64,000 nt of DNA, taken from Mobula birostris. Lineage: Eukaryota. The position numbers were made by a program, and so were the translations under genes. A model generated the notes under the pieces. That model did no database searches. It was not told where the DNA came from and was given only the letters and a program-made list of their open reading frames with translations. Below are positions 47,001 through 59,829 of the stretch, in pieces; position 1 is the stretch's first letter, and each line of letters begins with the position of its first letter. The stretch is from positions 25,103,821 through 25,167,820 of the forward strand of contig NC_092379.1 of the NCBI RefSeq assembly GCF_030028105.1. The letters run 5' to 3'.

Positions 47001-48189
47001 TAAAATACAAGGGTCGGTGGCAATCACTTCGAATATCAGCAGCACATACGATGAACGGGGAGTAAAGGACAGTGTTATAAATCTGAATTGTTACAAGCTA
47101 TGCCGATCATATTTAGGTTCACATCCAACAAACGGATTTTTTACTAGAATATTTAACTTAATCTTTCCTGAAATAATTAATCAACCTGCTTCACTATAAA
47201 GACGTACGTCTTAAATATCCTAGAACATCTTTATTATAAATTATCATTAATCATTGTGCAGGAGGTGTTCTTTAAGTAGTATTGATCCGTTAAATCCACA
47301 ACTTACAGACTGATTCGTGTTTAAATAAAAGTAACTTCACATTAAATTTGGTAATATTGCAAAAAATAGCTGGAAGATGACACGTCACTGTTTGATCTGA
47401 CACCATGTTTACTCTGGTCGTACTCTCTAAACACATTTTGATTCTCTTGTTACCGACAGATCCATGGGGAATTCCTGGCGAACAGTTCTCTCATTGGCAA
47501 ACTTATAAGTACCTTTAAGCTCTTCCTGGTCAGAGAGCCTTTCCTTGTTTCTTTGTTGTTGTTCTGTGTGTTGTTTTTTTTTTTTTTTTAATTTTAGAGC
47601 AGCGGGCTTAACCACGGATTTGAGGCGCGCGAATGTTGCTTTGCAGCGAGAAGGAAAATTGTTGCCCATCAGGACAGACTTGAATACAATTTAAGCGGTT
47701 AATTGCCTATTTACAGAGGGAGATACAAAGGCCCAGTTCTTCAGACCTTGTTCATTTGATACTGAGTGTATGATTGTGTTCCCTTCTCAGCTGCAATCAA
47801 TTGACATTAACAACTATTAATGCCCACGTGATTCAAGTTGTTGTGGACAGCCAGTGTTGCTGCAGACCAAGTGTGTCGATAGGAAAAGAGCAGCGGGTCT
47901 ACATCCACTATTAAGTAGGAGATTATCTAGCCACCAGCGACTTCCCAGAGCACTTTATCACATTATCTGTAACTGTTAAAGGACAAAAGTTGTTGAGTTA
48001 TAGTATTAGACACCTGTAGGTACTGGGTGAGACCTCAATCGGTATATTTTTAACTATTAAAATAGTCTGCTCTATGTTGAACCTGGGCTTTCTAGTTCTG
48101 GATCACTGGTTTTGGATTCACAACTTTAGCGTTCAACAGACTCCTGAATCTTTTGGTTGCTTAGTTCGGCTACAGCTGAATATCATCCA

Positions 48190-48480
48190 CTGGGGAGCCA
48201 ATCGCCTTGCCGTCACTCTATCTTGTCCCACCAGGAATATCGATTCTCATATGCCACACTGATTGTTATAGTCTTACATACCGCGTTCAACACCATCATA
48301 ACTTGTGTTGGGGAAACTGAATTTTTTGGTTCGCCACCCATCCTTCCGCAACTGGATAGTGGTCTTCCTAACAGTAAGACCACACACCGCCGTTTGCGCA
48401 GAAAATACTCTATTCCAATTATGCTAAGCACTTGTGCTCCAATTTAGTGGATGTGGTTGGCCTTAACAAGAATGATTAAG
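48190..48480 (+). mobile_element. Rex1-type RT fragment
   Basis: SYATLIVIVLHTAFNTII (decayed YVRLLFIDYSSAFNTII). Confidence 0.6.
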
Positions 48481-48855
48481 ACACCGAGTAGAGAGCGGAA
48501 GGAGATCGACTGGTGGAATAGGGTGTGATGAATTTCCTTACTAGAATACGTAGAAAAAAATAACACTAAAATACTGCAGTTTTACAATATCACCATGAGG
48601 AGTCACTTGACAGATTACATCCGTATCTACCAAGGGATCAGTCGAGCATCACAACAAAATAAAATTTCCTGCAGAAGACAAGAACTGTTCATATGATGAT
48701 AGGGGTCTCCTTACTATCCATCGGGAACATTTATGAGGAATGCCGCATCCGCAGGGCCCAGCACTTCCGTTAAGCATTCGCTTTAACTTTATACCATCAG
48801 ACAGGAGAATGCAATACATTAAAACAAAAACATTTAGAATGTTAGAAAAATACAC

Positions 48856-50170
48856 TATCATGGTCCGGTCCGTGAAGTTCGGATTCCGGTTCACCGTCCA
48901 GTTCATCGACTCTTGCTCCAGGTTTTCCTGTCTACCCTGTGTCTGGCTTCTTGAGCTCTAAATGAGTCAGCTGATGCTCGTTGGGGCTAGCTGCATAAAT
49001 ACCATCAGAAACCAGGGTGTGGCGGCTGGATTGTTCTTGTCCTTACTTCTTGTATCTCTTCCTCTACCTTCTATTTCCTCGCCTGAAGCCCTGTCTTGTA
49101 TTGCCGGTAGCTCTCGCCTCGCCTGAAGTTCTCGTCTCGCCTTGCTTTGCCAGAAGCCTTGCCTTGTCTTGCCGCTAACTCTTGCCTCTTCTGAAGTTGT
49201 CGTCTCGCTTTCCCTTGCCTGAAGCCTTGCCTTGTCTTGCTGGTAACTCGCGCCTCGTCTCGCCTGCACTCTTGTCCTGGAGCCACACCGCACCTAGCCA
49301 ACTTCCTGTTCCTTGCCTCCGTCGGGTAAGCTAGGCCGTCTCGCCGTTCCCTTCGGTTGCTTCTATCACTTCCTGTCCCATGCCTCCGTCGGGTGGTGAA
49401 CAGCGTCCTGCCCAGGATTACCGCACCCTGCCGAGGAGTACGGCGCCCTCCCCAGGAGATCCGCGCCCTGCCCAAGTGAACCGCGCCCTGCCCTGGAGGA
49501 ACCTGTCTAGCCTGAGGACTCTAGCCTCTCGCCTCTAGCCTCTTGCCAAGCCAAGCCAAGCCAAGTCTCTACCCTCTAGTCTCTCGCCAAGCCAAGCCAA
49601 GTCTCCACCCTCTAGCCTCTTGCCAAGACAAGCAAAGACTCTGGCCTGTAGCCTATTGCCAAGCCAAGCCGAGTCTCTAGCCTCTAGCAACAAGCCTGAA
49701 GACTCCAGCCTCCTATCTCCTGCCAAACCAAGTCTCTAGTCTCTAGCCTTAAGCCTGAGGACGCCAGCCTTATCCTTGCCTAGTTCTGGGGTCCGAGGCA
49801 GGGGCAAGACCCAGGTACTTGGTCCTTGTCCTGTCTCTGGCTCGGAGTCCACCCTGCCTCCTGCCCAGCCTCGCCTCTAGCCTCAAGCCTCAAGCCTGAA
49901 GACTCCAGCCTCGTTCTGCCTGCCTGCCAAGCTTCGTCCTTGTCTGGTTCTGGGGTCCGCGCCAGAGGCAAGGCCCAGGTACTGGGTCATTTTCCAGTCT
50001 CTGACTCGGAGTCCAAACCCGGGCTCCTAGCTGTCTTGTCCAGTCCTATTCCAGATTCCTGGTTTTCGTATCCATGTCCTTGCCCACAGCCTGTATCCTC
50101 GTCCTGTCCCTAGTACTTCAGTGTTTGTGTCTTGCAGATGGGTCCGTTTCCCAGCCACCAACTTATCACA
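48856..50170 (+). mobile_element. Solo LTR, Gypsy family (1315 bp)
   Basis: TATCATGGTCCGGTCCGTGAAG ... TTATCACA; flanks TACAC (48851-55) and TAAAC (50171-75) form a 5-bp TSD with one mismatch. Confidence 0.85.
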
Positions 50171-50436
50171 TAAACAGTTTCTCCCCATGGCATTTATGCT
50201 ACTGAACACCCTGCAGCATATCGGATATGAATGCCACTGGTTAATCTGTTCCATATATTACACAATTTAAAATTAGTGCACGTTAGTTTATTTATTTATA
50301 TTTTTTTTGTTTTCTTTGTTTGTGATTCACCTGTAGATTCCTGTCCTTACCCTTCATAAGTTATTGCATGCAAAGTGTTCAGTTGTGTTTTGTACCCTGT
50401 TTCTTCGAACATTAAACTGTTATGGCATATTGATAG

Positions 50437-51604
50437 TGTCATGGTCCGGTCCGTGAAGTCCGTGTTCCAGCTCACGGTCCCGTCCATGGTTCCTTGTTTT
50501 CTGGTTTTCCCCAGTTTCTGTTGTGGGTACATGATTTTCGTTTTGGGTCTGAGACATAAATACCTCTGTAAACCAGGATTCCATGCTGGACTGTCCTGTT
50601 CTCCTCCTTGCCTCCACCACCTCCACCCACACACCCGCCCTCCGCCACCACGCCGCCTAATTCTCTCCCTAGATACCTCGCCCGGATACCCCGTCTGTAT
50701 ACCCCGCCCGTATGGCTGAAGTTTTACCATCGGAGTAAGACCGGAGTCTTGTTAGGTCAAGATAAGGAACTGTTTTGCGCTGTGTGGAATTGTCTCTCTG
50801 TGTCCACGCCTTCGCTATGTAGGACCGGCAGTTTGCTACTACCTGGTGTTGGTAACTATCTCTGTGCCGTCGCCTTCGCTATGTATGTCCGGCCTTTTGC
50901 CGCCATCATGTGTTGGGATCCGTCTCTTCAGGTTGAACGTTCTGTGTATGATTCCAAGCCCTATGTCCTGTTCCCAAGGTGTTATCCCCGTCTGTGTTAA
51001 GGGTATGAGTGCAGGTCCTACGTTCTGTTCCAAAGGAGGCGTCCCGGCTCTGTCTCCCGTGCTGCCGCCTCTTCTCGTCCAAGGCTCCGTGCTCGTGAAG
51101 ACCCTCCTGCAGTCCGTGCCTAGCCGAGTCCTTGTGTCTCGCCCTACCCAGGAGCTCCTCTCCCAGGCCATGTCCAGTCCTGTAGCCTTGTTTTGTGCTC
51201 GCCTACTTCTGGAGTCCGAGCCGGAGTCAGGTTCCAGATTCTGGGTCGTTGACCAGCACGGAGTCCATATCTATGCCTCGGAATACCCTAGACTCAAGAC
51301 CATGACCCCCCGCCGCAATCCTCCAGACCAAGTCACAGCCTCAAGCCTCCAGACCAAGACCCCTGCCTCAAGCCTCCAACTAAGACCACAAGCCTGCTTC
51401 CAAGCCCAAGCCTCGAGACCCCAAGCCTGTCTCTAAGCTCAAGGCACAAGACCCCAGGCCTGCTTCCAAGCCCAAGCCTCGAGACCCCAAGCCTGTCTCC
51501 AAGCTCAAGCCTCAGGACCCGACGCCTGTCTCCAAGCCTCAAGCCTCAGGACCCCAAGCCTGTCTCGAAGCTCAAGCCTCAAGACACCGAGCTCAAGCCT
51601 CAAG
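50437..51604 (+). mobile_element. Gypsy-family LTR, 3'-truncated within its minisatellite
   Basis: TGTCATGGTCCGGTCCGTGAAG start; ends abruptly in CCAAGCCTCAAG repeats. Confidence 0.85.
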
Positions 51605-52942
51605 TGTCACATTGGCGGGGACTTTGGGAACAAGGGTGGACCCAAATGCAAGACACATCTCGTGAGGTTAATTAAATTTAGTTTATTGTTTGATATCAGC
51701 AGAGCTAGGCAGGAGCAGGAGTAGCGACCTGGACAAGGACTGAGGACTACGACTAGCCTGGGACCAAGGGTCTAGACTAGGACTCGGAATCGGCTCCCAG
51801 AGCTAGAGAAGACATGAAGAGCCTATGGTATGGACTGCGAGCCCAATTCTCAGCAAGGACCCAGTACCTGGGACTTGCCTCGGGCTCGGACCCCAGAACC
51901 AGGCCTGGCATGACATGGGTTAGGGAGACGAGGAACATGGGAACACAGAGCCTCGGTCCCGGGAGAACAGGTACATGGAACCATGGACACATAGACAGAA
52001 CAGAGAGCCAGGACCCCTCCTTGGATACGGGACATAGAGCCGGGATTCATGACCCTCCGCGGGGCAACGGCAAGACGGCCAGACTAACCCCACAGAGGCA
52101 AGGAAAACACAAGACAAGATCAACACGACTGAACACCCGGCAGTACCTATCCAGCTCCGGTGATGGAACTAGACAGAAGTGCAGACGAGGGCTAGAGGCG
52201 AGAGGGGCAGAGAAGGGATTCACACAAGGTGGTAGGACAGGAATCACAGACCGCCAGGGCCAGGACTAGACTCAGAACTGGGAACCCGCCAGGGACAGGA
52301 CTTGACATGGTACTTGAACGCCGACAGGACCAGGAATTGACATGTACTTGCAACACCACCAAGGCCAGGACTTGGCATTGTACTTGAAACGCCACCAGGA
52401 TCAGGACTTATACGTGGTACTTTGATGCCGCCGGAGCCATGACTTGGACGTGGTACTTGGATGCCGCCGGAGCCAGGACGTGAACGTGGTACTTGGATGC
52501 CGCCGATGCCAGGACCTGGTGCTTGAACCTCCGGGGATTGCCGAGATCTCGACTCGGCACGGAAACAGTACACAGCGGCTCTTTATTCTCTCCGGCGGGT
52601 TAACTGACGGACCCACCTTGATGAGGAATCCTTGCAGGATAGCTTCGGCGGGGTACATTGACAAGGTTGCTCCGGTGAGGAAAGGCGAATTACCGGCATT
52701 CGCTTCGGGCAGAAGCTAGGCTTGCTCCGGCCAGATGATACTGGCACGCCGTGACTTTCCAGACTTTGCAGACGCTCCCGCACCGAACGGCTGAAAGCCG
52801 GAGACTCTAAACTACCGGTTCAGCCGAGCGTTAATTGCCTCTAATCACGAACGTCGATGGACACGGGGAAACAGGGAATCAACGGTCCGGGTCGTAACGT
52901 AAACAAGGTAAATTTAACGGGACCCCGATCCGGATAATGACA
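51605..52942 (-). mobile_element. Gypsy-family LTR, divergent subfamily, no matching TSD
   Basis: TGTCAC...TGACA termini and the conserved 3' block (GGACCCAAATGCAAGACACA on plus). Flanks TCAAG and GGCTC differ. Confidence 0.8.
52296..52530. repeat. ~36-bp tandem repeat, 6-7 units, inside the LTR
   Basis: Units such as CAGGACTTGGACGTGGTACTTGGATGCCGCCGGAGC, with no unique spacers. Confidence 0.85.
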
Positions 52943-53850
52943 GGCTCAGCTTCTCAAGTTCTTTCTTAACACTCAGTGACCTGCCTTCAGGACCTTTTCC
53001 CCTGTCTTACCTATATCGTTGGTACCAATTTGTATCACGACCTCTGGCTGTTCTCCTTCTCACTTCAAGATTTAGTGTAAGCGATCAGAAACATCGCGGA
53101 CCTTGGCGCCTGGATGACAATCGAACAATCGATTTTCTTTCCTCCGTCCACAGAATCGCCTGTCTGACCTTCTAACTATAGAGTCCCCTCTCTATGCTAC
53201 CATCCTCTTCCTTTACCTACCGTTCTGAGCCACAGGGTCAGAATCTGTGCCAGAGGCGCGAACATTTGCTGTTTGTTCCAGGTAGGCCACTCCCACAATA
53301 GTACTCAAATAAGTGTATTCATTGTTAAAGGTGACAGCTACTAGTGTGCTCTCTAGCATCTGCCTCTTACCCTTCCCTCTCCTGACTGCTACCCACTTAC
53401 CTAGCTCTCCAGGCCCCGGAGTGACTATCTGCCTATAGTTTCTCTCTACAATCTCCTCACTCTCGTTGACCAGACGAAGGTTACCGAGCTGCATATTCAG
53501 TTCTCTAACGTGGTCCCGAAGGAGCTGCAGCTGGACGAGCGTGGTGCAAATGTGGCCCTCCGGAAGTCTGGCAGTCTCCATGACCTCCCACATCTGACAC
53601 CGAGCACAGAAAACCGGCCTTCCACACATACTTTCTATCTGTATTCTTCACAGATAACCTATCTCACCTCGACCCGTAATCGATGAAGCCCCCTTGAGCT
53701 AAGGCCTTTCTACTCTGTCGTCCTCTATTCCAACACCCGCTTCTCCGACGCCCGCTGTATAAATCTGTCTTTTTTTCAACTCTTCTCGTTGTTTGCACTG
53801 GCTAACCTGTACGCGCTTGCGCAGTCGTGCCCCGTTCAAACAGCTGAAGA
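52943..53850 (-). mobile_element. CR1 5' UTR plus ORF1 fragment
   Basis: ORF 53213-53629 VFCARCQMWEV...HICTTLVQLQLLRDHVREL, followed by a decayed SGNH part. Confidence 0.85.
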
Positions 53851-53899
53851 AATAACCGTCTGGGAAATATCTGGGAAAACTTCGACATATCCAACGATA

Positions 53900-54213
53900 C
53901 ACATTATTCCGTAAAGAGGGGTAGGAAGTCAGAGTGAGCCACGGTGCTCTGTTTGAAAATATAAAAGTGAAATCAGATCAATGGAAAGGGATAATATATG
54001 GTCGGAAAGTATTTAATGTGGCTTGAACTAAGGAACTGCAATCCTCGTGTTTAATACAAGCTCCCAAACAGCAGTAAGGATACGACCGAGAAACGACAAA
54101 GGAAGGTCGAAAGTACGTGCCAAAGTGGCAACTTTTCAACAGTGATGGTAGATTTCAATCTGCAATTAGACTGAGAAATTCAGGTTTCTACTGGAAATTC
54201 TAGAGTTCCAAAG

Positions 54214-54262
<49 letters not shown>

Positions 54263-55620
54263 ATCTGCTCGTGGATGAGCCCAGTAGAGAATTAGCTATA
54301 TTCGATTGGTTGCTGTGAAATGAAACAAAATTGTATATGAACCTATGGTTAAGAAATCATTATCTTTGAAATGTCACAATAGAATCGAATTCACACGGAA
54401 TTTTCCCATGGCAAAGTCAGATGTATCAGTATTTCAGGCATGAAAGAGAATTTGGCAGGAAATGAATGGAAAATAACACTGGGCGGAATGGCAGCAGAGT
54501 AGCATTGACTGGAAAACCTGGAAACAATTGGAAAGCACAGTGTATATCCAGACTAAAGAGCAAGACATATTCTAAATGAAAAGTTGACATAACTGTGGAT
54601 AGCAAGAGATGTCAAAGCAAACATAGCAGACAAAGCAACGCCATGTAACTGAAAAAAAAAAAGGATTGGTTTTGGATAACTGGGAAAAACTTTAAAAAGC
54701 CAATAAAAGGACAATTAAAACCAATATGATGGTAAGGATGAAAATAAAGTAGCCGAGCATATTAAAGATCATACCACACATTTCTTCAGATGCACGTAAA
54801 AGAGAGGCGGAAGTTGATATTGAACCGCTGGGAAATGGTGCTGCACTTGTGGTACTGCGGGCAACGAATTTGGCGGACGAACTGAAAAGTGTTTTGCATC
54901 AGTCTTCTTTGTGGAATACACTAACAATATGGTGAAATTTCCAGGGGTTCAGAGATCATGAAGTGTATGGAGTTACCATAAATTGAAATAAGGTTATTTT
55001 GAAACTGAACGATCTGAAAACCGGTAGGTTATCTTGACGAGAAGGCGTAAACGCCGAAGTTCTGAAGGTTTTCGCTGAAGACCTAGTGGAGTTATTAGCG
55101 TTGGTCTTTCAAGAATCACTCGATTTTATCAAGGGTGCAGAAGACTTGAAACTTGCAAATGCACTCCACTATTCAAATAGGCACAGATGCAAAATAAAGA
55201 AAACTATGACCAGTGAAACTGACCCGAGTGACTGATAAGATTTTCGAGACCATTATTAAGTATGAGGTCTCATGATTCTTGACACAGCATAATAAAGTAA
55301 ATGGTATTCATGCTGGTTTATTCAACGGCAAATCTCGCCTGCGACATCTGCTGAAATTATTTGAAGACATAAAAAGCTGAATAGACAAAGGATAATGATG
55401 TACTTCGATAGAAATAATGCAATGGAAAAAGTGCCACTCATGAGGCTACTAACAAGGGACGAGCGTATAGTGTTATCGGAACGTTTGCAGCATGGATAAA
55501 ACAGTGTCTGATTGGCAGGAGGTAATGCATGGGAGTATTGGGAGCCGGTAACCCGTAGTGTTGAACAGTGGTTAATTTTGGTGTCAATTCCTTTTCCGTT
55601 ATATGTCAAGGATATTATTA
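53900..55620 (+). mobile_element. Old CR1 ORF2 fragment(s)
   Basis: Decayed endonuclease (VMVDFNL) and RT (LVFQES...ANAxPLFK, SCLRHLLKLFE) segments. Confidence 0.6.
54214..54260. repeat. (A)n(TA)n simple repeat
   Basis: Direct inspection. Confidence 0.95.
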
Positions 55621-55689
55621 AGAAGGAGAGTAATAAGAGGTGATGTAGTTTTCATGGATTTATTTTCCATTCATAAATCTGATGGCGGG

Positions 55690-56200
55690 ACGGAATAATG
55701 TATTCATCAATCTTTTAGTGTTTGCCTTCAAGCACCGTTACCTCCTACCTGATGGCAATCTTTTCATTTTTTGTGCGATGCCGATACTCAATGATGGAAG
55801 CTGCCTTTTTGAGGCATCAGTCCCGAAGATGTGCTGGCTAATATAGAGCTCAGTGCCCGCGATGGAACTGTGTGGCTTTGCAACAGTCTGCAACTTATTT
55901 CGATCATTTGCAGTGCCACTTTCATTATAAGAGATGTTTATATATTCAGCTAGAATGCGTGCCCGATACATCTGTAGAAATTAGCGGGTATCTTTGAAAG
56001 CGGACACAATCTCATCGAACTGCATCGAGATCTTGAGTCAGAATAGATCCTCAGAGATAATAATAGAGAGCAGCTTGCGATTACTCCACGTTTTCCAGTT
56101 CTGATCCGTAAATGATGACGTCTTTGTGTTTACTCATCATACACATTCCGAAGTCCACGTTCAATTCTTTGATCCTACTGACGATGTGTGTAATGTTGCT
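55690..56200 (-). mobile_element. Rex1-type 3' RT fragment
   Basis: ORF 55738-55971 DRNKLQTVAK...SKRQLPSLSI...LPSGRR. Confidence 0.7.
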
Positions 56201-56289
56201 AGTGCAACACCACTCAACTAGCTAATATAGTGTTTGAGCCCACTGGGGGTTCACTTATATGGATTATGCTTCGTGCAATTAGCCAGACT

Positions 56290-58280
56290 AGATCAGACAA
56301 ATTGCGGTAATAGATCCTTTCGGGAAAAAGTCATCATAATATGAACAAATTCACCCGGATGCCTAAGACAGCAAAACAAAAGTCATGAGTATCAGTATCA
56401 TGGTTGAGTAAAGAGAATTACAGAGCGATTAGAGACGGTAAAAGCGGAATATTAAAATAAACTAAACAAGTAATATTGCAGAATTTAATCTATGATTCTT
56501 AGGACATAAGAATTTTAAACGAAAGCCGAGAATGGATACTGGGCCGATGGAAAAAGAAGTGAGATATGTTGTAATGGGTTACAGTGACAAGGCGAACGAA
56601 CTGAATAAATAGTTTGCAGCAGTCTATACGCAGAAGGTACGAGCAGTATGTTGGACTTTTTTGCTCTCAGTGGTCATGAGCTGTGTGAGGCTACCATTAC
56701 CTGAGATGGTATTTGGGGAACTGAAATGTCTAAAGGTACGTGTCACCGGGACCAAAAGCTGTGCACAAAAGGGTTATTAAAAAAATAAAATAAATAAACA
56801 TCTCTTAAGATATTGTTTCAGCATTGGCAATGATATTTCACGAATCACTGGGCTCTGGAAAGTTCTGGAAGACGGTGATATAGCAAATATCACCGCGGTC
56901 CTCAAGAATGGAGATAGGGAAAACGAAAGGAAACAATAGGACAGTTTATTTGATCTCAGCTTGGACCTTTTGACGAAGATGTTGCAGAAGATTATTAAGG
57001 ACGTGATCTAAAGATTTTTTCAGGCACTTGAATAAGTAGGCCTTAGTCATTTTGCCTGACAAATATGGCTTTACAAGCTAGGAGCGCAAGGTATTTCGGA
57101 ATATTCTGCGATGCAAAAACACAATAGGTAATAAGCAGAAGGCAAAGAGTGGGAATAACTGGAGCCTTTTCTGGGTGATGATTGTCACTGACTGTGGTGT
57201 TTCTCGGGGTCTGTGTTGGGACCTTTCTTTTTACTTTGTATGCCAATGAATTAGATGACAAATTTGAGGGATTTCTTACAAAAATTACAGACCACTAGAA
57301 GAAATGCGAAGGGCAGTTATATTTGAGAAATGAAAGTGACTACAGAAGGAATTGGACATAAATATGCATAAAGGGCAACACATGCACTTAGAAACCAGTG
57401 TGGGGATGAGTACGATAACGCAATTTGTTAGAAGAAATGAAAGGTTTGACTGTTTTTAAAATGTACAAAAATAGAAATCCTGAGCCACAAATAGATTTGA
57501 CAGTTCATGTACAGCTTACCTTCAGGTTAATTTTGAGGTTGAGTCTGTGGTGAGGAAGGCAATTGTGATGCTGGCATTCATTTCAACAGGAACGGAAATA
57601 GGAAGGCAAGCATCGAATGTTGAGAAACAAAATAAAATCTGCAGATGCTGGAAATCAAAGCAACACACACAAAATATTGGGCGAACTAAGCAGGTCAGGC
57701 AGCAACTTTGAAAAAAAAAATATAGCGGTTTCTGGCAGGAGGAATCGTCTCGGTCCGAAACGTCGAAAGTACTTTTTTTTTTCAAAGTTGGTCCCTAGTT
57801 TACCGCGATCATCCAGCATTTTGAACGTGCTGTATGTTATGCTGAGAATTAACAAAACACTGTTTTGGCCTCAACTGGAACACCGTGAGATGTTGTGGAT
57901 CCCTCACCTGGAGGGATCTCGCATGTATTCAACAGCATTCTGAAGAATGAGGTGTGGCATTGCAATTTATCGACGGCTAATGGAATGAATATTGAGAGGA
58001 CGTATCCAATGGTGGGAAAGTATAAAATGGGAGGATAGATCCTACAAATAGATTGAGGAAGTGATGAGATATCTCTTTATCCACAGAGTGCTAAGCCTGA
58101 AGAATTGTTTCCCACAGGCAGTTGTGGAGGCCAGGTTTTCATGTGCATTGAAGACGGAGGTTGACATATTTCTGTCTGTTTGGGGAGTGAAGGGATGCAG
58201 GGAGCAAGCAACAGATTAGCGCTTAAGGGAAAAATAGTTAAACGATGATGAAATGAAAGGCCAGACTCCAAGAGTCAAAT
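56290..58280 (+). mobile_element. Old CR1 ORF2/3' fragment with an inserted palindromic element
   Basis: Decayed RT motifs; MLRINKTLFWPQLEH resumes after the insertion. Confidence 0.65.
57622..57833. mobile_element. Penelope-derived palindromic (MITE-like) insertion
   Basis: Inverted arms CAACTTTGAAAAAAAAAA / TTTTTTTTTTCAAAGTTG; ATGTT on both sides (57617-21 and 57834-38). Confidence 0.6.
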
Positions 58281-58479
58281 GGACATATTGTCCTGATAAT
58301 CATATTACCTTATTGTCGACTTCTCGCTCTTGTACGCTATCTCGTCAACTTGTGAAATTTTGCAAACAATAGTTGTGTCGCCAGCACATTTTTGATAACA
58401 TTTAAGATATTCCGAGTAATACCGTTATTCTGGGTGGGGGAGGGGGTGGGCGGGCGGAAGAGAGGTGGAGCAGTGCGCT

Positions 58480-58810
58480 AAGCGCAAATCCCTTATGTGC
58501 ACCAGCGTTGCTTGTGAACAAGGTAAATAATTTACATCCGATTAGCAAACACTATGGTCTTCCAGTGTAGATGTGGAGAATCCTATTGCAGAGGGAGGTG
58601 CAGAAGCACAGGTTTTGGAACTTTTTGATAGACCTCTAGGAATAATTGTGCTTAAAGCAGAGCTGTAGTGAATATACTGCAGGATAGCATAAGTATTGGT
58701 ATTATCCAGGTGATCCAAGGCCGCATGTATAGCCCGAGAGATGGCATCCGCAATAGGCAAATTGTGGCGATAGACAAATTGCAGTCGATCCTGGTCCTCA
58801 GATCACGAAG
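58480..58810 (-). mobile_element. Rex1-type RT fragment
   Basis: ADAISRAIHAALDHLDNTNTYAILQYIHYSSALSTIIP. Confidence 0.8.
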
Positions 58811-58949
58811 ACGGAAATGTTCTGTATGCCATGGATGTCGGGAGCGAGGAATTATATACTTAATATCAGAGTTTATATTAAAATTAGCACACACACTAAA
58901 GACATCTAAAGCTGATATTGCATTAAAAGAAGCGTCGCTAGTTGTCAAC

Positions 58950-59165
58950 TGATTTTTTTTTTAATGATGGAGCAGCGACATCGATGTAAACTTCGGAGTG
59001 CAATTAGCAGATTGCTCCTCGATGTGCCTGTCACGATTGGGTGATCTACAAAAATACCTAGTTAGGTTGTTGACCCCTTTCCCGGTCCTAACCTCCAATG
59101 ACAGAGGCTCTGTAGATAATCCTTCCATAACTTCCAACTTTTCGGCCGCCGAGACACTATCTCTG
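58950..59165 (-). mobile_element. CR1 endonuclease fragment
   Basis: EGLSTEPLSLEVRTGKG...RSPNRDRHIEEQ. Confidence 0.65.
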
Positions 59166-59167
59166 AT

Positions 59168-59818
59168 TGTCACGCAGGTGAGAAACTGCTAGAAAGTTCG
59201 GCAGTCTAATGAACAAGGAAGCAATTGAAAGAGAGAGAGAGTGTACGACGCGAGCTAACACACGAGCTGGGAAGTCACTCTGCTAACAGTTCAGAGCAGT
59301 TAAGCTAACGGATGATGGAATTTTGGATGGATTCTAAAATGTTGATCCTGCGGTCTGATAACGGTAGTGGAGACACGGCAGGAGAGAACTGCGGAAGCTA
59401 CCGAGAAATCACTGGTGGGGTTTAAGACCACCACGATGGTGGAGGCGACAGAGCGATTAATTTAGACCCCTGATTACCAGTGCGGTTAACAGTTTGCGTG
59501 TCGGGGTCTGCTGGTGGTGAACCCGTGCCGTGGGTTAGTAGACTAGACGTTCCAAAGAAGGGGTTTTGTCCATCTGTTTCTGTGTGGGAGTCACACGAAG
59601 TGATTCTGAAGACTTCGGAAGCAAGAACAACTAAAGCTGCCAAGTTGAACATCAACTCAATTAAATCTCTCTCTCTCCATCAATTCGACCGAACGCAACA
59701 GAAAGTGAACTGAGCTGCTTAAACTTACCTGACATCGTAAGACTGATATCTACCTCCTGGACTATTATATTTATATACACGCACACTTTACGGATATATA
59801 TGTACGGGATTCGTTACA
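59168..59818. mobile_element. Probable solo LTR of a third family
   Basis: TGTCACG ... CGTTACA termini, non-coding; flanks do not match. Confidence 0.4.
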
Positions 59819-59829
59819 TCATCAACACT

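Noticed and set aside
50608-51436. Long ORFs (130-196 aa) in LTRs, also 604-1188, 49071-49475 and 51814-52269
   Set aside because: They come from low-complexity, stop-poor LTR minisatellites and show no domain motifs.
52296-52530. CRISPR-like ~36-bp periodicity
   Set aside because: Contiguous tandem units without unique spacers, inside a eukaryotic LTR, with no cas genes.
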